DNA from: Seison nebaliae
Taxonomy: Eukaryota
DNA: 35,423 nucleotides
Direction of reading: 5' to 3'
Assembly (NCBI GenBank): GCA_023231475.1
Contig: JALJEE010000326.1
Span: 1 to 35,423 of the forward strand
Part shown: in pieces, positions 12,178 through 25,200 of the stretch
Layout of the letters: each line of letters starts with the position of its first letter
Numbering within the stretch: position 1 is the first letter of the stretch
Made by a program: the position numbers and the translations under genes
Notes under the pieces: generated by a model
What the model saw: only the letters and a program-made list of their open reading frames with translations
Databases searched by the model: none
Told to the model about the DNA's origin: nothing

Positions 12178-12650
12178 GAATATTTTTATGGTTATTTTAT
12201 GATTATAATATGATATAAAAGAATTATAAAAGACATGAGGAAAATTAGAGTGGAAAAAAGCTTAATATTTTGGTAAAACTTAAGTTGTTCGCAATAAAAT
12301 AATTTTACCTGTTAATTAAATATATATTCAATTGGACCTCTATAAGTCAATGGCAACTAGTTGACAACGAACAAGATATTATAATATGAACAACAACAAT
12401 AAGGAATAAGGATAAAAAAAGTTATAGAGTTCACTATTTGTTCGATTGTTTTAGTTGGAATATTTTTCGACATCAAGACAATCTTTCCAGAGTTTCAATT
12501 TTAATTAGAGTTTACATTGAATTCTCTTTTAGAGATAGAGATGTAAAACATCCAAAGTTTTTATTCTACCGAAGTTTCGTTAGTTTCATGATTTATGTTC
12601 AATTCTTTTTCAGGAAATTCAATTACTTTTTTTTTTCTTTTTTTCTTTTT

Positions 12651-12683
12651 ATTTATAGCAAATCCCCGCGGGGTAAATTAAAA
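12651..12683. repeat. Left arm of an imperfect inverted repeat with a GC palindromic core, CCCCGCGGGG (12664-12673)
   Basis: The reverse complement of 12659-12683 (TTTTAATTTACCCCGCGGGGATTTG) matches 14445-14469 (TTTTAAGTTGCCCCGAGGGAATTTG) at 21 of 25 positions. Each arm is followed outward by TATAAAT. Confidence 0.6.
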
Positions 12684-12692
12684 TTTGTTTTT

Positions 12693-12735
12693 AAAAATAA
12701 TGTTACGAATTTTATTCGAACAATTTCTTCTGTTG
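12693..12735 (+). repeat. Exact 43-nt inverted copy of PUS3 exon 3 sequence (11257-11299)
   Basis: AAAAATAATGTTACGAATTTTATTCGAACAATTTCTTCTGTTG is the reverse complement of 11257-11299. The peptide KNNVTNFIRTISSV appears both in ORF 12438..12740 and in PUS3. Confidence 0.95.
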
Positions 12736-12990
12736 TGTAAATTATTGTCGTAATTTTTTCGTTTTGGTTATTTTTCCTTACTTGATCTTTTTAAAACTGA
12801 ACACGAGTCGAATTCATAATTCCTTTTCTTTAAGGTTCAAATTTGTGTTTACCATCAACTGAATTTTATATAAGTTCCATGTTGTAATTATTCAGTATTT
12901 GATTGAGAAGTATTTTATTTCATTAGAAATTATTATTATTTATTTTCAAAATTCCCGTTGAGATAAATTAGAAAAAATATTTAAAAAATT

Positions 12991-13080
12991 CCGGTGGACA
13001 CCAACGTTGATCAAGTGGTGCAAGTCGATGAGAGTTTCTTGATTAATTGGAGAAGACGTGATCATATCGTAAGAAAAAAT
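12991..13080 (+). mobile_element. Possible degenerate Merlin/IS1595-family DDE transposase fragment
   Basis: Translates as PVDTNVDQVVQVDESFLINWRRRDHIVRKN, resembling the Merlin first-Asp motif V(Q/E)(I/V)DES followed by a basic KRKY.RGR-like patch. No long ORF and no downstream catalytic motifs were recognised. Confidence 0.4.
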
Positions 13081-13856
13081 GAGGTACTAAAAAGAGAATA
13101 GGCAGTGGAAGAAAACCAACGGTGGCGAAGAGTAAACAACGATTGCACCTGTAGAAACAACAGACTAATTTCCTAATAAGTAGATTGTAGGCGCGATCAA
13201 TCGACAAGAATGAACGCTACGTAATAGAAGATTGTACATAATGGAAATTTAATGTCTTATTTAGAATCTAAATTTTAGATAGATTGGAATGAATTAAATT
13301 TAATGTTAAAAATTGTCAAACAACTAAAAAGCACTTAAAATGTTTATAATTTAGCTTTTCTAATACTAATAGTAGATTTTTAGATAAATTCAATTCGTAA
13401 TATTCCTAAAAATATGGATAAAAAACCTTAAAAAGTTTTATTCTAGAATTTATGAATTTTTTTGTGAAGCTCTTCCTCATAATGGAGCCATAATGGAAAT
13501 TGCCATGTTCCTCAATTTATGAAACACATTGTATGAGATGTGTCGAAATTTATTGTTGAAAGTCGAACTTGAAATTTGAAGAAATGTAATTTAAATCAAA
13601 TCATTTCACGAAATCTTCATAAATTAGAACTTATCACTATGAATCACAATGAATACATACGGAATAGTTCAATATTTTATTTCACATCGATATTGTCAGT
13701 TATAAGGAGAAATATTCATAATGAAAAAAAAAACAATCACAATTTGCGCGCACAAAAAATGTTGACCAAATGAAAAATATTTCGATATAAATATTTATCT
13801 TGCGTACATTTTAGTCATATAATAATTTATAAAGAAGTTAAGGAAAGAAAAGAAGA

Positions 13857-14280
13857 ATGAAGGGGCGATTGTCCTATTGTACAGTACAATCGCCTCCTTA
13901 AAGAACGGAGGAGAAGGGTTGGAAACTGTGCGTAGTCCCCTACCATAAGTTTGCGCAATGTTCCAAGGAAATGGAGAATTGGAATATTGCGCTTAAACGA
14001 TTACGTTAAATCTGCAATATGCGAAGGAGATAAAAGATGGCAGGGGAAACCAATTTAGAGGTATCGTTAATGGATTGAACGATCGTTGGAAACTTGGAAA
14101 AGTTTCCAATTCAAAGCGAAACAAAAAAATAGACCGACTATTGAGAATTATTGATCATAATTGGTAATGTTTTAAATGGGGATGGGTTATATGAATACTT
14201 ATAATTCTTGAATATAAATACTTCGGTTCAGGAGCACCAGAGGTCAAGCAATAATTCTGAGGGGAGTTCTTAATCTATTT
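13857..14280. ncRNA. Candidate structured non-coding RNA (multiple hairpins plus a possible pseudoknot); identity unknown
   Basis: A locally GC-richer island with no ORF of 60 aa or more and at least 7 complementary segment pairs (see findings). A GGAA tetraloop and several G-U pairs mildly favour the + strand. Confidence 0.4.
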
Positions 14281-14444
14281 CAAAATTCAAAAATTCAAAC
14301 AAAAACCTAAATTATATCAATTAAATACAGGTTTATGAACAGTGATTTATTTTCTTTTCTTTTTTATTTACCGACACGTGATGAAATCGATATCGGAAGA
14401 AAACTTATTAAGACTAACTTGTATAGTGAGTTATCCTATTTTCT

Positions 14445-14480
14445 TTTTAAGTTGCCCCGAGGGAATTTGATCTTATAAAT
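14445..14480. repeat. Right arm of the imperfect inverted repeat (core CCCCGAGGG), followed by TATAAAT
   Basis: 21/25 identity to the reverse complement of 12659-12683; TATAAAT at 14474-14480. Confidence 0.6.
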
Positions 14481-15006
14481 TTTTTAAAAAATTTGCTTCA
14501 TCGCAATAAAGAACTTGGAAAATTTTATAACGACATATTTTTCTTGAATTATTTTATTATTTGTTTGCTTTATTATTTCCAATTTCACAAGAAGATTTTA
14601 ATGATAATCCAAAAAAAAATTGATAAGAAAACATGGAACTAGAAATCTCTAAAAGATATTAAATTTTAAACATTTGAGTATTGCATAAAAACTCTCACGA
14701 CATAACGACTGAAAGTTATGATTCGGTTATACAAATCTGTATACTTCCAGAATAATCTAGATTTTGGAGTAATATTTATTTGAATGATATTTGAGAGAAT
14801 TTAAAGTGGAATTTCTTCAATTAACTTTGTTGATAAATTGGAGAGTTCATAAGAAATGTTTGGTGAAAATGGATAGATCGAAATCATGATAAATAAAATT
14901 AAAAACCATTCATCCATAAAGTTATAATGACGTCATTTTACAATTATTTCGCACAACTAATAAATGTACTCAATGCAAGTTATTCATTCATTAAACATTA
15001 AGGAAA

Positions 15007-17665
15007 ATGTTGAATCGATTTAAAACTAGATTGCGAGATAGACAACGTCGAAAAGATAAAGAACAATTAACAGAGAGAAAGAATCGAAGTGTTAACAGTG
15101 ACGACGATGATGATAATTTGGATGTTACAACGATTGATGATAACGAAAATGTGATTGCCAAGGAGAAATTGGAAGAGCGTGTAAAGACTCCGTCGTTGGA
15201 AGTAGAAGTGGATCCAACGCCACTTCCTTCTGTCCATGAAGAAGTGTCAGATGAAACTACTAAATATATAAAAATGGGTCCATATCGAATGCCCTTATTT
15301 ATGTTGATTGCTGTCGTTATCTTGGTACTTTATATAATTCTTCAAGGTGTAGCAATATTCACAGACAATTGGGCAGTGCATAAGACAACTGATAGTAAAT
15401 CAGGATTATTTCGAGCTCGAGTTGCTAATGGTGATTTCAATTTCTTTCATGTCGCAGCTCCTTTATCATCCAATACATTCGTCACATTGAAAAATGAACA
15501 TTCTCAAAGTTCTTAAAAATTATTCAAATTTCTTTTTTGACACACATTTGTAGGATATGTGAATATTGTACAATATATTATGGCGTTCAATTTTGCTGCG
15601 GCAATTTTCCTATTAATATTCATTCCGATTTTCTCATTGTTCGTTTTGGGTAAACGAGAATATTTCAGGAATCATTTACAACATTATGTTTATCTTCTCG
15701 TATTCATCACTTGTATGAGTTAGTATCATTCAATATTGTCATTTTGTGCAGATTATTAATTCTTTCAATTTGTTGACAGTTATTATACAGATAGCTGGGA
15801 TAGTAATATGGAGTCAATTTTTTCCCAAAGACACTTATGATTTAGGATTCTCTTTTATTGTCGCATGTATCGCCGTCGTATTTTTACTTGTTGTATTAAT
15901 TCTAATCATTCTAGCGATGATGGGAAAAATAAGGTAAAAAATAGTTTTTGGGCTTAATTTAAATTTATTTTCATTTCAAGAGATACGGGAAGTCTGATAG
16001 CAAATTCGATTATTAAAGATCAATATAAACCGATATTGTCTTTTCTCATCACAACTGCCGTAATTGCATTGATAATAAGTCTGGTACTATTTCTATTATC
16101 GTACTTCACACCAGAATGGGCAGCACAAGAATTAGTAGCATATGGTGGTTTGTGGAAAGAATGTGGAACACATTTCATTTATTTATCTGCTCCATATCCA
16201 ACAGCATTCTGCTCCAAATTAACTTCTAATGCAAATGGTTTTGATTTTCAATATTTTCGTCGTGCAAATATTTTTACTAACATTAATTAAATTTTTAGGA
16301 TGGTTATTGGCATGTCAAGTATTATTCAGTGTGGTCCTAGTTCTTATGGTACTTCTCTTAATTGGAACATTTGTGGCACAATGGTCGATATTTCAAAGAA
16401 TCGCCAGAATTCGCTTAATCAAAATTTGTATAATTTTAACAATTGTCACAAGTTTTTCTTTAACAAATTTATTAGAATTTTTTTTTTATTTCAAAATTAT
16501 ATTAATCATCAGTTGTTTTCCAAACGATTGCCTTATTGATTTATGGTGATGCAGTTACGAAAACGGATAATCGAATCGATATCAATAGTTCGGCAGATCC
16601 TTTCAATTTCGATCTGAAATTATCTTGGGGATATGCACTGATGGTGATTGTTGATTTGATATTACTATTCATTCTAATTCTCTTATTATTGGAATATGTT
16701 CGACAACAAGCAAAGTTTGGCTTTCATCTAATAATGAAATCATTTGAATGAAAATTCATTTTAGAATTGCCGCGACGAAATTTACGAAGTTCCGAGAGAA
16801 AGTCGAAAAATATAAATCGTATAAAGCGGATAAAGCAAGAAGAGAATACGAACAGCATCGAAGGGAATATGAAGAAGAAAGACGACGATTACAAGAAGAA
16901 GATAATCGTTTTCATAACAACATTCGAAATGCACCAGTTATGGTAACCATTCATCCGTCAGGTTTGATTTTCTTAAATAAAAAATGAAAAAAAAATTAAT
17001 ATTCAAAAATTTGAATAGGATTAATATTGAATCAAAATAATGATCAATATAATGAGAGTTATGATGATAATTATCGTGATAATGATTTTCCTAATGTGAA
17101 TATGAATGGAAGTAGTTCGTATTATAATCAACGATCAATACATGATGATGATTATAGTCATGAACATGAACATGAACATGAAACTTCTATAATTGAACCG
17201 AGAGTCGTTCCAACTATTCCTTCAGTTCCCGTTGTTCCTACTGTCTCACCAATTCGTTCACTTTCACCTGAAATTAATGTACAACATATATCACCAGATT
17301 ATGGAACTACGATAGATAACAGTCCTCTCCCACCTAAATCACGACAAGCTAGTTATGGAAATACTCATTCGATCGGTTCTCCAATAATACCTGAAGAGAG
17401 AGAATTGGTCGATTCTCCAAATATTACACAAACTTCATCATTGAAAGGTGACGACAACATCGTCGAAGAGAAAGAAGATATTATCGATAGTCCGATAGTT
17501 TCAGAAAAATCAAGAAAATCAAATACCTCCAACAAAACTAAATCATCTCAACTCTCTCAAAATGGAACTTCTCCTCCGCCAAATATACCTCGACCACCTT
17601 CTGGTACGCCTCCTCCTGCACAACCACCTCCACCACCTCCATCTGGTTCACCTCCAAAAATTTAA
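15007..17665 (+). CDS. PMP22/EMP/claudin-superfamily protein with two tandem 4-TM modules and a long S/P-rich tail; exons 15007-15508, 15554-15718, 15780-15933, 15981-16237, 16299-16451, 16513-16714, 16765-16961, 17019-17665 (758 aa)
   Basis: Seven GT-AG introns join the ORF fragments in frame (2277 nt). Module 1: TM-TDNW...SGLF...YDLGFSFIVACIA. Module 2: TM-TPEW...GGLWKEC...FC...GWLLACQ...LSWGYALM. These are followed by a charged coiled-coil-like stretch and a poly-Pro C-terminus. Confidence 0.8.
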
Positions 17666-17889
17666 AAATATAATAAAATTATTTTCTTTTAAAAATTGAA
17701 TTGATTCAATAAATTTATTGATGCGACTAATTTCTTTTTCATTAAACGTGATTTATTTGACACTTAATTTTATTACGTGAAATTGAAAGATATTTTGGAC
17801 AATAAACTTTTTAAAGAATTATTGGAATTCTCTTATTCTTTTCGATATATCATTCGACACAATTTCGTTTCCAAAATATCTATGAGGTG

Positions 17890-19394
17890 ATGAAAAATAA
17901 GATTTTGTTGATAGTAACTGTAATTAGTCAATTCATTTCAGTAACATTTCAATTTAAAGATTGTTATTTTCAAGATAATATTTCGAAATGTACGAAAGTC
18001 TTTAGAGGTTTTAAAAATTAATTATTTTCGATTCAAATCCAAGTTATTTAATTTATTCATTTTTAGGACGTTTATGGTGTTATACAGATAAAGTAGAAAG
18101 ATCGTGGAATTATTGTGAGAAAGATGGAAAACATGCCGTCGGTTACACCAATTTACAAATGTCGATGAGAAAAAAACCATCGAGTTGTAAGAACAGTCTT
18201 TATTTGGAGAAGAATCACAATTATAAAGTAAAAAATAAAGGACAAAATTTGAAATTTGTTTCATGTTTTCATTCAAATCAGAAATTAATTATTGGTACTT
18301 GGAATGACAAGATTTATTCGAATGAAGTCATTTATCGATGTATCAGAGGAAAATGGGTGACCAAAAAGCCGATTCTCGGTTGCTCATCTCCAAATACAAG
18401 AAAATATTTGGCGAAGAGAAATTTACGGAGAAAAAGAAACAAATCTTCCGAAACTATTTTAGAACGATATAAAAGGAAGAAACAATCGATCTTACGATAT
18501 CGAAGATATTTAAAGAAAAGAGCATCGATGATACTTCGACGATTGAAGAACCGTCGTAGAAGAAATAATGGAAAGAAAATGAAAAAATGGAAGAAAAAAA
18601 GAAATAAAAAGAAAAGATTTCAAAATAAGAAAAAAAATTTAGAAATGAAAAAAAGAAAGAAATTACCGAATGAAGTCGCTTATAATCGATTAGCGAAGTG
18701 GTCCAAAAGAAATAGTCGATTATCGAAGAAAAAGAAAAATCCATCAAATTTAAGAAAAAACGATTTGATTCGAAAGAAGAAATTGAAGTTCAGGAAGAAT
18801 CAAAATTTCGAGAAAAAGAGAATTGTAAAGAAATTTCAAGAGAAAATTTCGAACGATATCGATCGAAAAATAAAGGAATCAAACCATCAAGTATTAGAAG
18901 ATCGTCTAAATGAAATTCATGAAATGAGTAACAGGAATGAAATAGATGTAAAAGAACATTCGAAAACGATGCAAAATCTTTCGACTAATTCTGGAAAATT
19001 TTGGGAGAAAGATAATAAAAAAAGAAATTATCAAGAAAATGAATCGAAATTAGAGAATGACAATAAAATTCAAGACAAAGAAAAATTCCGTCATATCGAT
19101 ATTAATCAGATGATGAATAATCATCTGAAAATGTCTCAATTAGAAATGCCCAAAAAAATAAGTAATTTATTACTCCAATCGACAAACACAACAAAAATTG
19201 ATTTGGATGAACTTTATGGGAAATTTGTTACACAACCAGAACCGTTACATCGAAATCGTGCTCCACGATCATATCATCGAGAAGAAATCATTCCAATGAA
19301 TCAAATGATAATGAATGAAAAGACGGATAAAAATGAAATTGGAACGTCATTATCGACTTTAGTTTTAACATCAATGTCGAACGGTTATGAATGA
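17890..19394 (+). CDS. Predicted secreted protein: signal peptide, kringle/FN2-like Cys module, sushi/CCP-like domain, extremely K/R-rich region; exons 17890-18007 and 18067-19394 (481 aa)
   Basis: Hydrophobic leader MKNKILLIVTVISQFISV. A 59-nt GTT..AG intron joins it in frame to RLWCYTDKVERSWNYC and then to ORF 18159 (C...C...YRCIRGKWVTKKPILGC). Confidence 0.7.
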
Positions 19395-19498
19395 GAATTG
19401 AGAGAATTAGCGAAATTAATTTAAATTCAATGTTGTTTATTTTATTTATTTAATTAAATGAGAAAAAAAGAATGAAAATTAGAAAAAATAGTTTTCCA

Positions 19499-21460
<1,962 letters not shown>

Positions 21461-22216
21461 TTAATTTATTCACAATTTATTATTTTTCCCAATTAAACTA
21501 AATATTTATATTCACTTTATTCTTCCTTCGTAAATTTCTTCGTCATTTTTCCAGTTGCCTCATCATATTTTCAATTTCTTCTACGCTTGTCTTCACTTGA
21601 GAAAAATAAAAATATTACAAATTTATCAGAAAATTTTAAAAATTTTTTATCTTCACAAAATCGAAATAATTTTTCAGTTCTTGAAATTTAAATAGTTTTT
21701 TTTATATTTTAGTTTAAAATAAGATTGATATATTTTTTTTTCTTAAAACTTTGTAATTCTGTAAACAAAATTTGATAATGGGAGAAATATGACGAAAATA
21801 ATTTGGCAATAGGAATATCTGAATGAAAATAATCAAACTACAAATTAGAATAAACATCAGAATGAATATCTACAATCTGAAATAGTTAATGTTTGGGAAT
21901 AAAGAAGAATCCACTAAATTTATGAATTTCTTTAAGAGGAAACACTTCGTTAAGAAATCAAATATTTATTTCATTCCCATTCAATGTGGTAAACAATATG
22001 AAAGGTCAAATGATGGATGAGATGAATATAGAGAAATGAGAATATGTTTTCTTTCTATTCTATTAATTTCCATTCATCATCATCATCATTCTTGATGAAC
22101 GAATGAATAATTGTTGTACTTTGGTCTAACCAATCTCGTGTACTTTGTCTCGACTACCTTCTCCCAATTCCTATTTTTCGTAAAATAATTAAAATTTTCA
22201 AAGATTTCAACTGATT

Positions 22217-25200
22217 ATGCGAATTTTATTATTTTTCTTATACTTTTTCCATTTCCGATTAATCTCCGCACTCTACTACTATAAGGATATCTACGGAATT
22301 TCAACTCATACGACAAGTTCATCTTTGAAATTCCATTAAAATTTCATTTAATATCCAATTTTCAAATTAGACTCATTATTGAATGTGTTTAATAGAAATG
22401 AATCTCCATTTGCATATGATGCGAAAATTAACAAGAATCTTTTCAATTATAAACAATACAACGATCAAATTTTACCGTCGAAAACATCGCCATTCACTCT
22501 TTTTGATTTGTGTCGTCAAAAAAACTTGAATCTAATCTCAGCTGACGAATGGACAATTAATCGATATCATCCAAGATATTGTTATACCAGATGGTCGAAA
22601 ATATTTACGAAAAATATCTATGAAGATATTTGTAATAACAAAGATGTTCTTATTCAATTGGAATATTTAGATGAATTAGTTTTTCTTTCTTGTTTCCCCT
22701 CATTTTTCATGATATAATTTGAAATTAAAGGATTTTCTCGTCCGTTATATCGAATCAGTTAATCAATCTCATGTCATAATTCCTGTGGGTATACGATTTG
22801 AACATTCTTGGTACCATTCGTCTTCACGCAATTTCGTACCTACACCTTTATTGTTAGAGAATGGAAAATGAATATTAACCATAATTACTTTCTAATTTTA
22901 GAACAGTTTTGTTATCAATGACATCAGGAATTATCGACCTCTCATCTGCTTATCTGGTTTTGGAGAAGTTCAATGATGTGGTACAATTCAAAGTCCGAAC
23001 TGCGAATGAATTGCAGCAAAATGTTTTAAAACTTCAATACTTTTGTCAACCGCAGGAATTAATCGGGAAAAAACCAGAAAATTGTGACGAGAATTTGTGG
23101 CAATTTAAAGGAAAAATTGGTCGAACAAAACTTTCAACACATTGTATTATCGATGATTGTACATTGTTAATATTTCAAATGCATTTATAATATTGGAATA
23201 TAATTTAATTTTTTTATCAGTCAACTTTATACTCCGTCCCCTTCGAATAGTAAAGCGAAATCGTTAATTGCGAAAACACACCGATCAAATATTAAAATTT
23301 ATGGAGTTTCACTCATTTTGAAATATAATTTTCTTTTTATTATTTTGTAAATATCATGCAGTCGTCGTTTTGTGGGAGAGTCGATAGAGAAGATTGTAAA
23401 GATATTGAAAAATGTGTTGTCATATCAGGTTTTTGTTTAATAACAATAATTTTCCAATAAATTTAAATTTATTAATTAATAAAATAATTTAAAGGTATTT
23501 GCTCACCTGGTTGGTTCAATATTGGCCATCATTGTTATTTATTTATCAAACGAAGTGATGAAAAAGATAAAGATGTCTGCAATTATTTTGATGCGGAAAG
23601 TTACACGGGAGAACGGTTAATTCTTTTAAAATGTTTTCATTATAAATAACTTTATGTTTTTAGTGACAAACTTGAACTATATGACAGTTATTTTTTTATT
23701 TTATAATAATAATTTAAAATTATTATGTTTCCGATAGGCAAATTCCGGAACGTGATAATTTGTTACAAATCCAAAACATTAAGAAGATCAACTGGTTATA
23801 AATTGAAAATTAACAGTTAGTAATTTCGATGAAATCAAAAGAAAAATATAATGAAATTATAGTCGATGGTAAACAATGTTCTATTCCGTATAAAACGGAT
23901 GACAACAAATGGATGACCGGGTGTGAACGATTGAATAAAACTTATTCTTTCTGTTCGAATAAAGATCTAAAATGTTCGACAGACGAAACTTTCTCAACTT
24001 TCAATAAGACATCTCAATTCGAAGAAAATTTCAATATCAAATTGAATGAAACGAAAAAAATCATCAAAACTTGTCGAAATGACGGAATCCTCATCAATGG
24101 CACATGTTACACATTTGTCTTCAATACATTGTTAGGTTGGAAAGATGCTTCAAAATATTGTCGAAAGAATTTCCAAGGAGAATTAGCTTCAATTCATTCA
24201 TATGAAGAGAATTCCATTTTGACTTTTATTGCGATGGAATATCGTTCGATTTCTTCTTTATCAAAATTTATTAATTATCTTTTTAGGAAATTCAACATAT
24301 CTATGGATCGGATTAAATCATGAGAAAATAAGGAAGCTGAAAGGACCATCCGTCGTATTTGACGTATTGAATGTTCGTAGAAATTTTCGAAAATAAAAAA
24401 TTTGATTGAATAAATTTCATGTAGTTCCTTTCTCCATTTAGAAGACGTCATGTAAAAGTGAAATTGTCTTGGTTAGATAAGTCGCCTGTTGATTATGTGA
24501 ATTATATGCATGGTGATCTATTGGCACATAAACGATATGATTGTGGATTGTTACACACGAGAGTTCCATTTTAAATTCTTCATAATTTTTATTTGTGAAA
24601 TATTCAAATTTGTCATCATATAAATTGTTTTGATAATAGCATAAATTTGGTGGTCATGGAGAATGGGTGAATGGAGAATGTTCATTGAAAGCGCCATTTA
24701 TTTGTCAATATAAACCATTAGATCAGATTAATGAATATGAGTCTTCGGAATGTGAAAAAGTTTATTCTTTATCAGCTGTTTTTTGATTTAACAAATTCAA
24801 CAGAATTCAACGACTATGATAATGGATTTATGTCTAATTTTTTCAGACGGAACAACTAAAAATGAAGTTGATAGAAAATGTAATCATTTAAGAAGTAAAT
24901 TGATTGAGAACGATGTGTTACCATTTTTTGAAAATTTTTTTTTAAAAATGATTTCTGACTTTTCAAGTGCTCTTGTGGAAGTTGTCAATAAGAAGAACGA
25001 GATATTTGGAAAATATTTAAAGAATGATAAATTTTACACTTTCCTAGATTTGGTTTTTGACGACAAATCCAATGTCTACGTTTGGTCGTCATCAAAAGAA
25101 AAATCGAAATATTATTTATCAAACGATATCGAGTGGGGAGCAGGAAGTCCAAGTTTTGTGGTTTATTCTAAAAACGATTTAATAGAATTTCCATTTTCTC

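Noticed and set aside
12664..12735. Palindrome next to a spacer-sized gene fragment, resembling a CRISPR repeat-spacer unit
   Set aside because: It is a single unit with no direct-repeat array, no cas genes and a eukaryotic context.
12438..12740. 100-aa ORF ending in a PUS3-identical peptide, read as a PUS3 paralogue
   Set aside because: It has a TTG start and Phe-rich poly-T sequence, and the similarity is confined to the 43-nt copied segment.
14030..14170. U1 snRNA-like words in the structured island (TGGCAGGGGA, ATTGAAC resembling AUUGCAC, CATAATTGGTAATG), tempting given the GTT donors
   Set aside because: There is no 5' splice-site-pairing end, no U1-70K loop (GAUCAC), no proper Sm site, and the spacing is wrong. 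The matches are too short to call U1.
21543..21600. Possible minus-strand terminal exon (KTSVEEIENMMRQLEK*) upstream of DDX41
   Set aside because: No upstream exons could be joined convincingly, and it does not splice in frame to DDX41.
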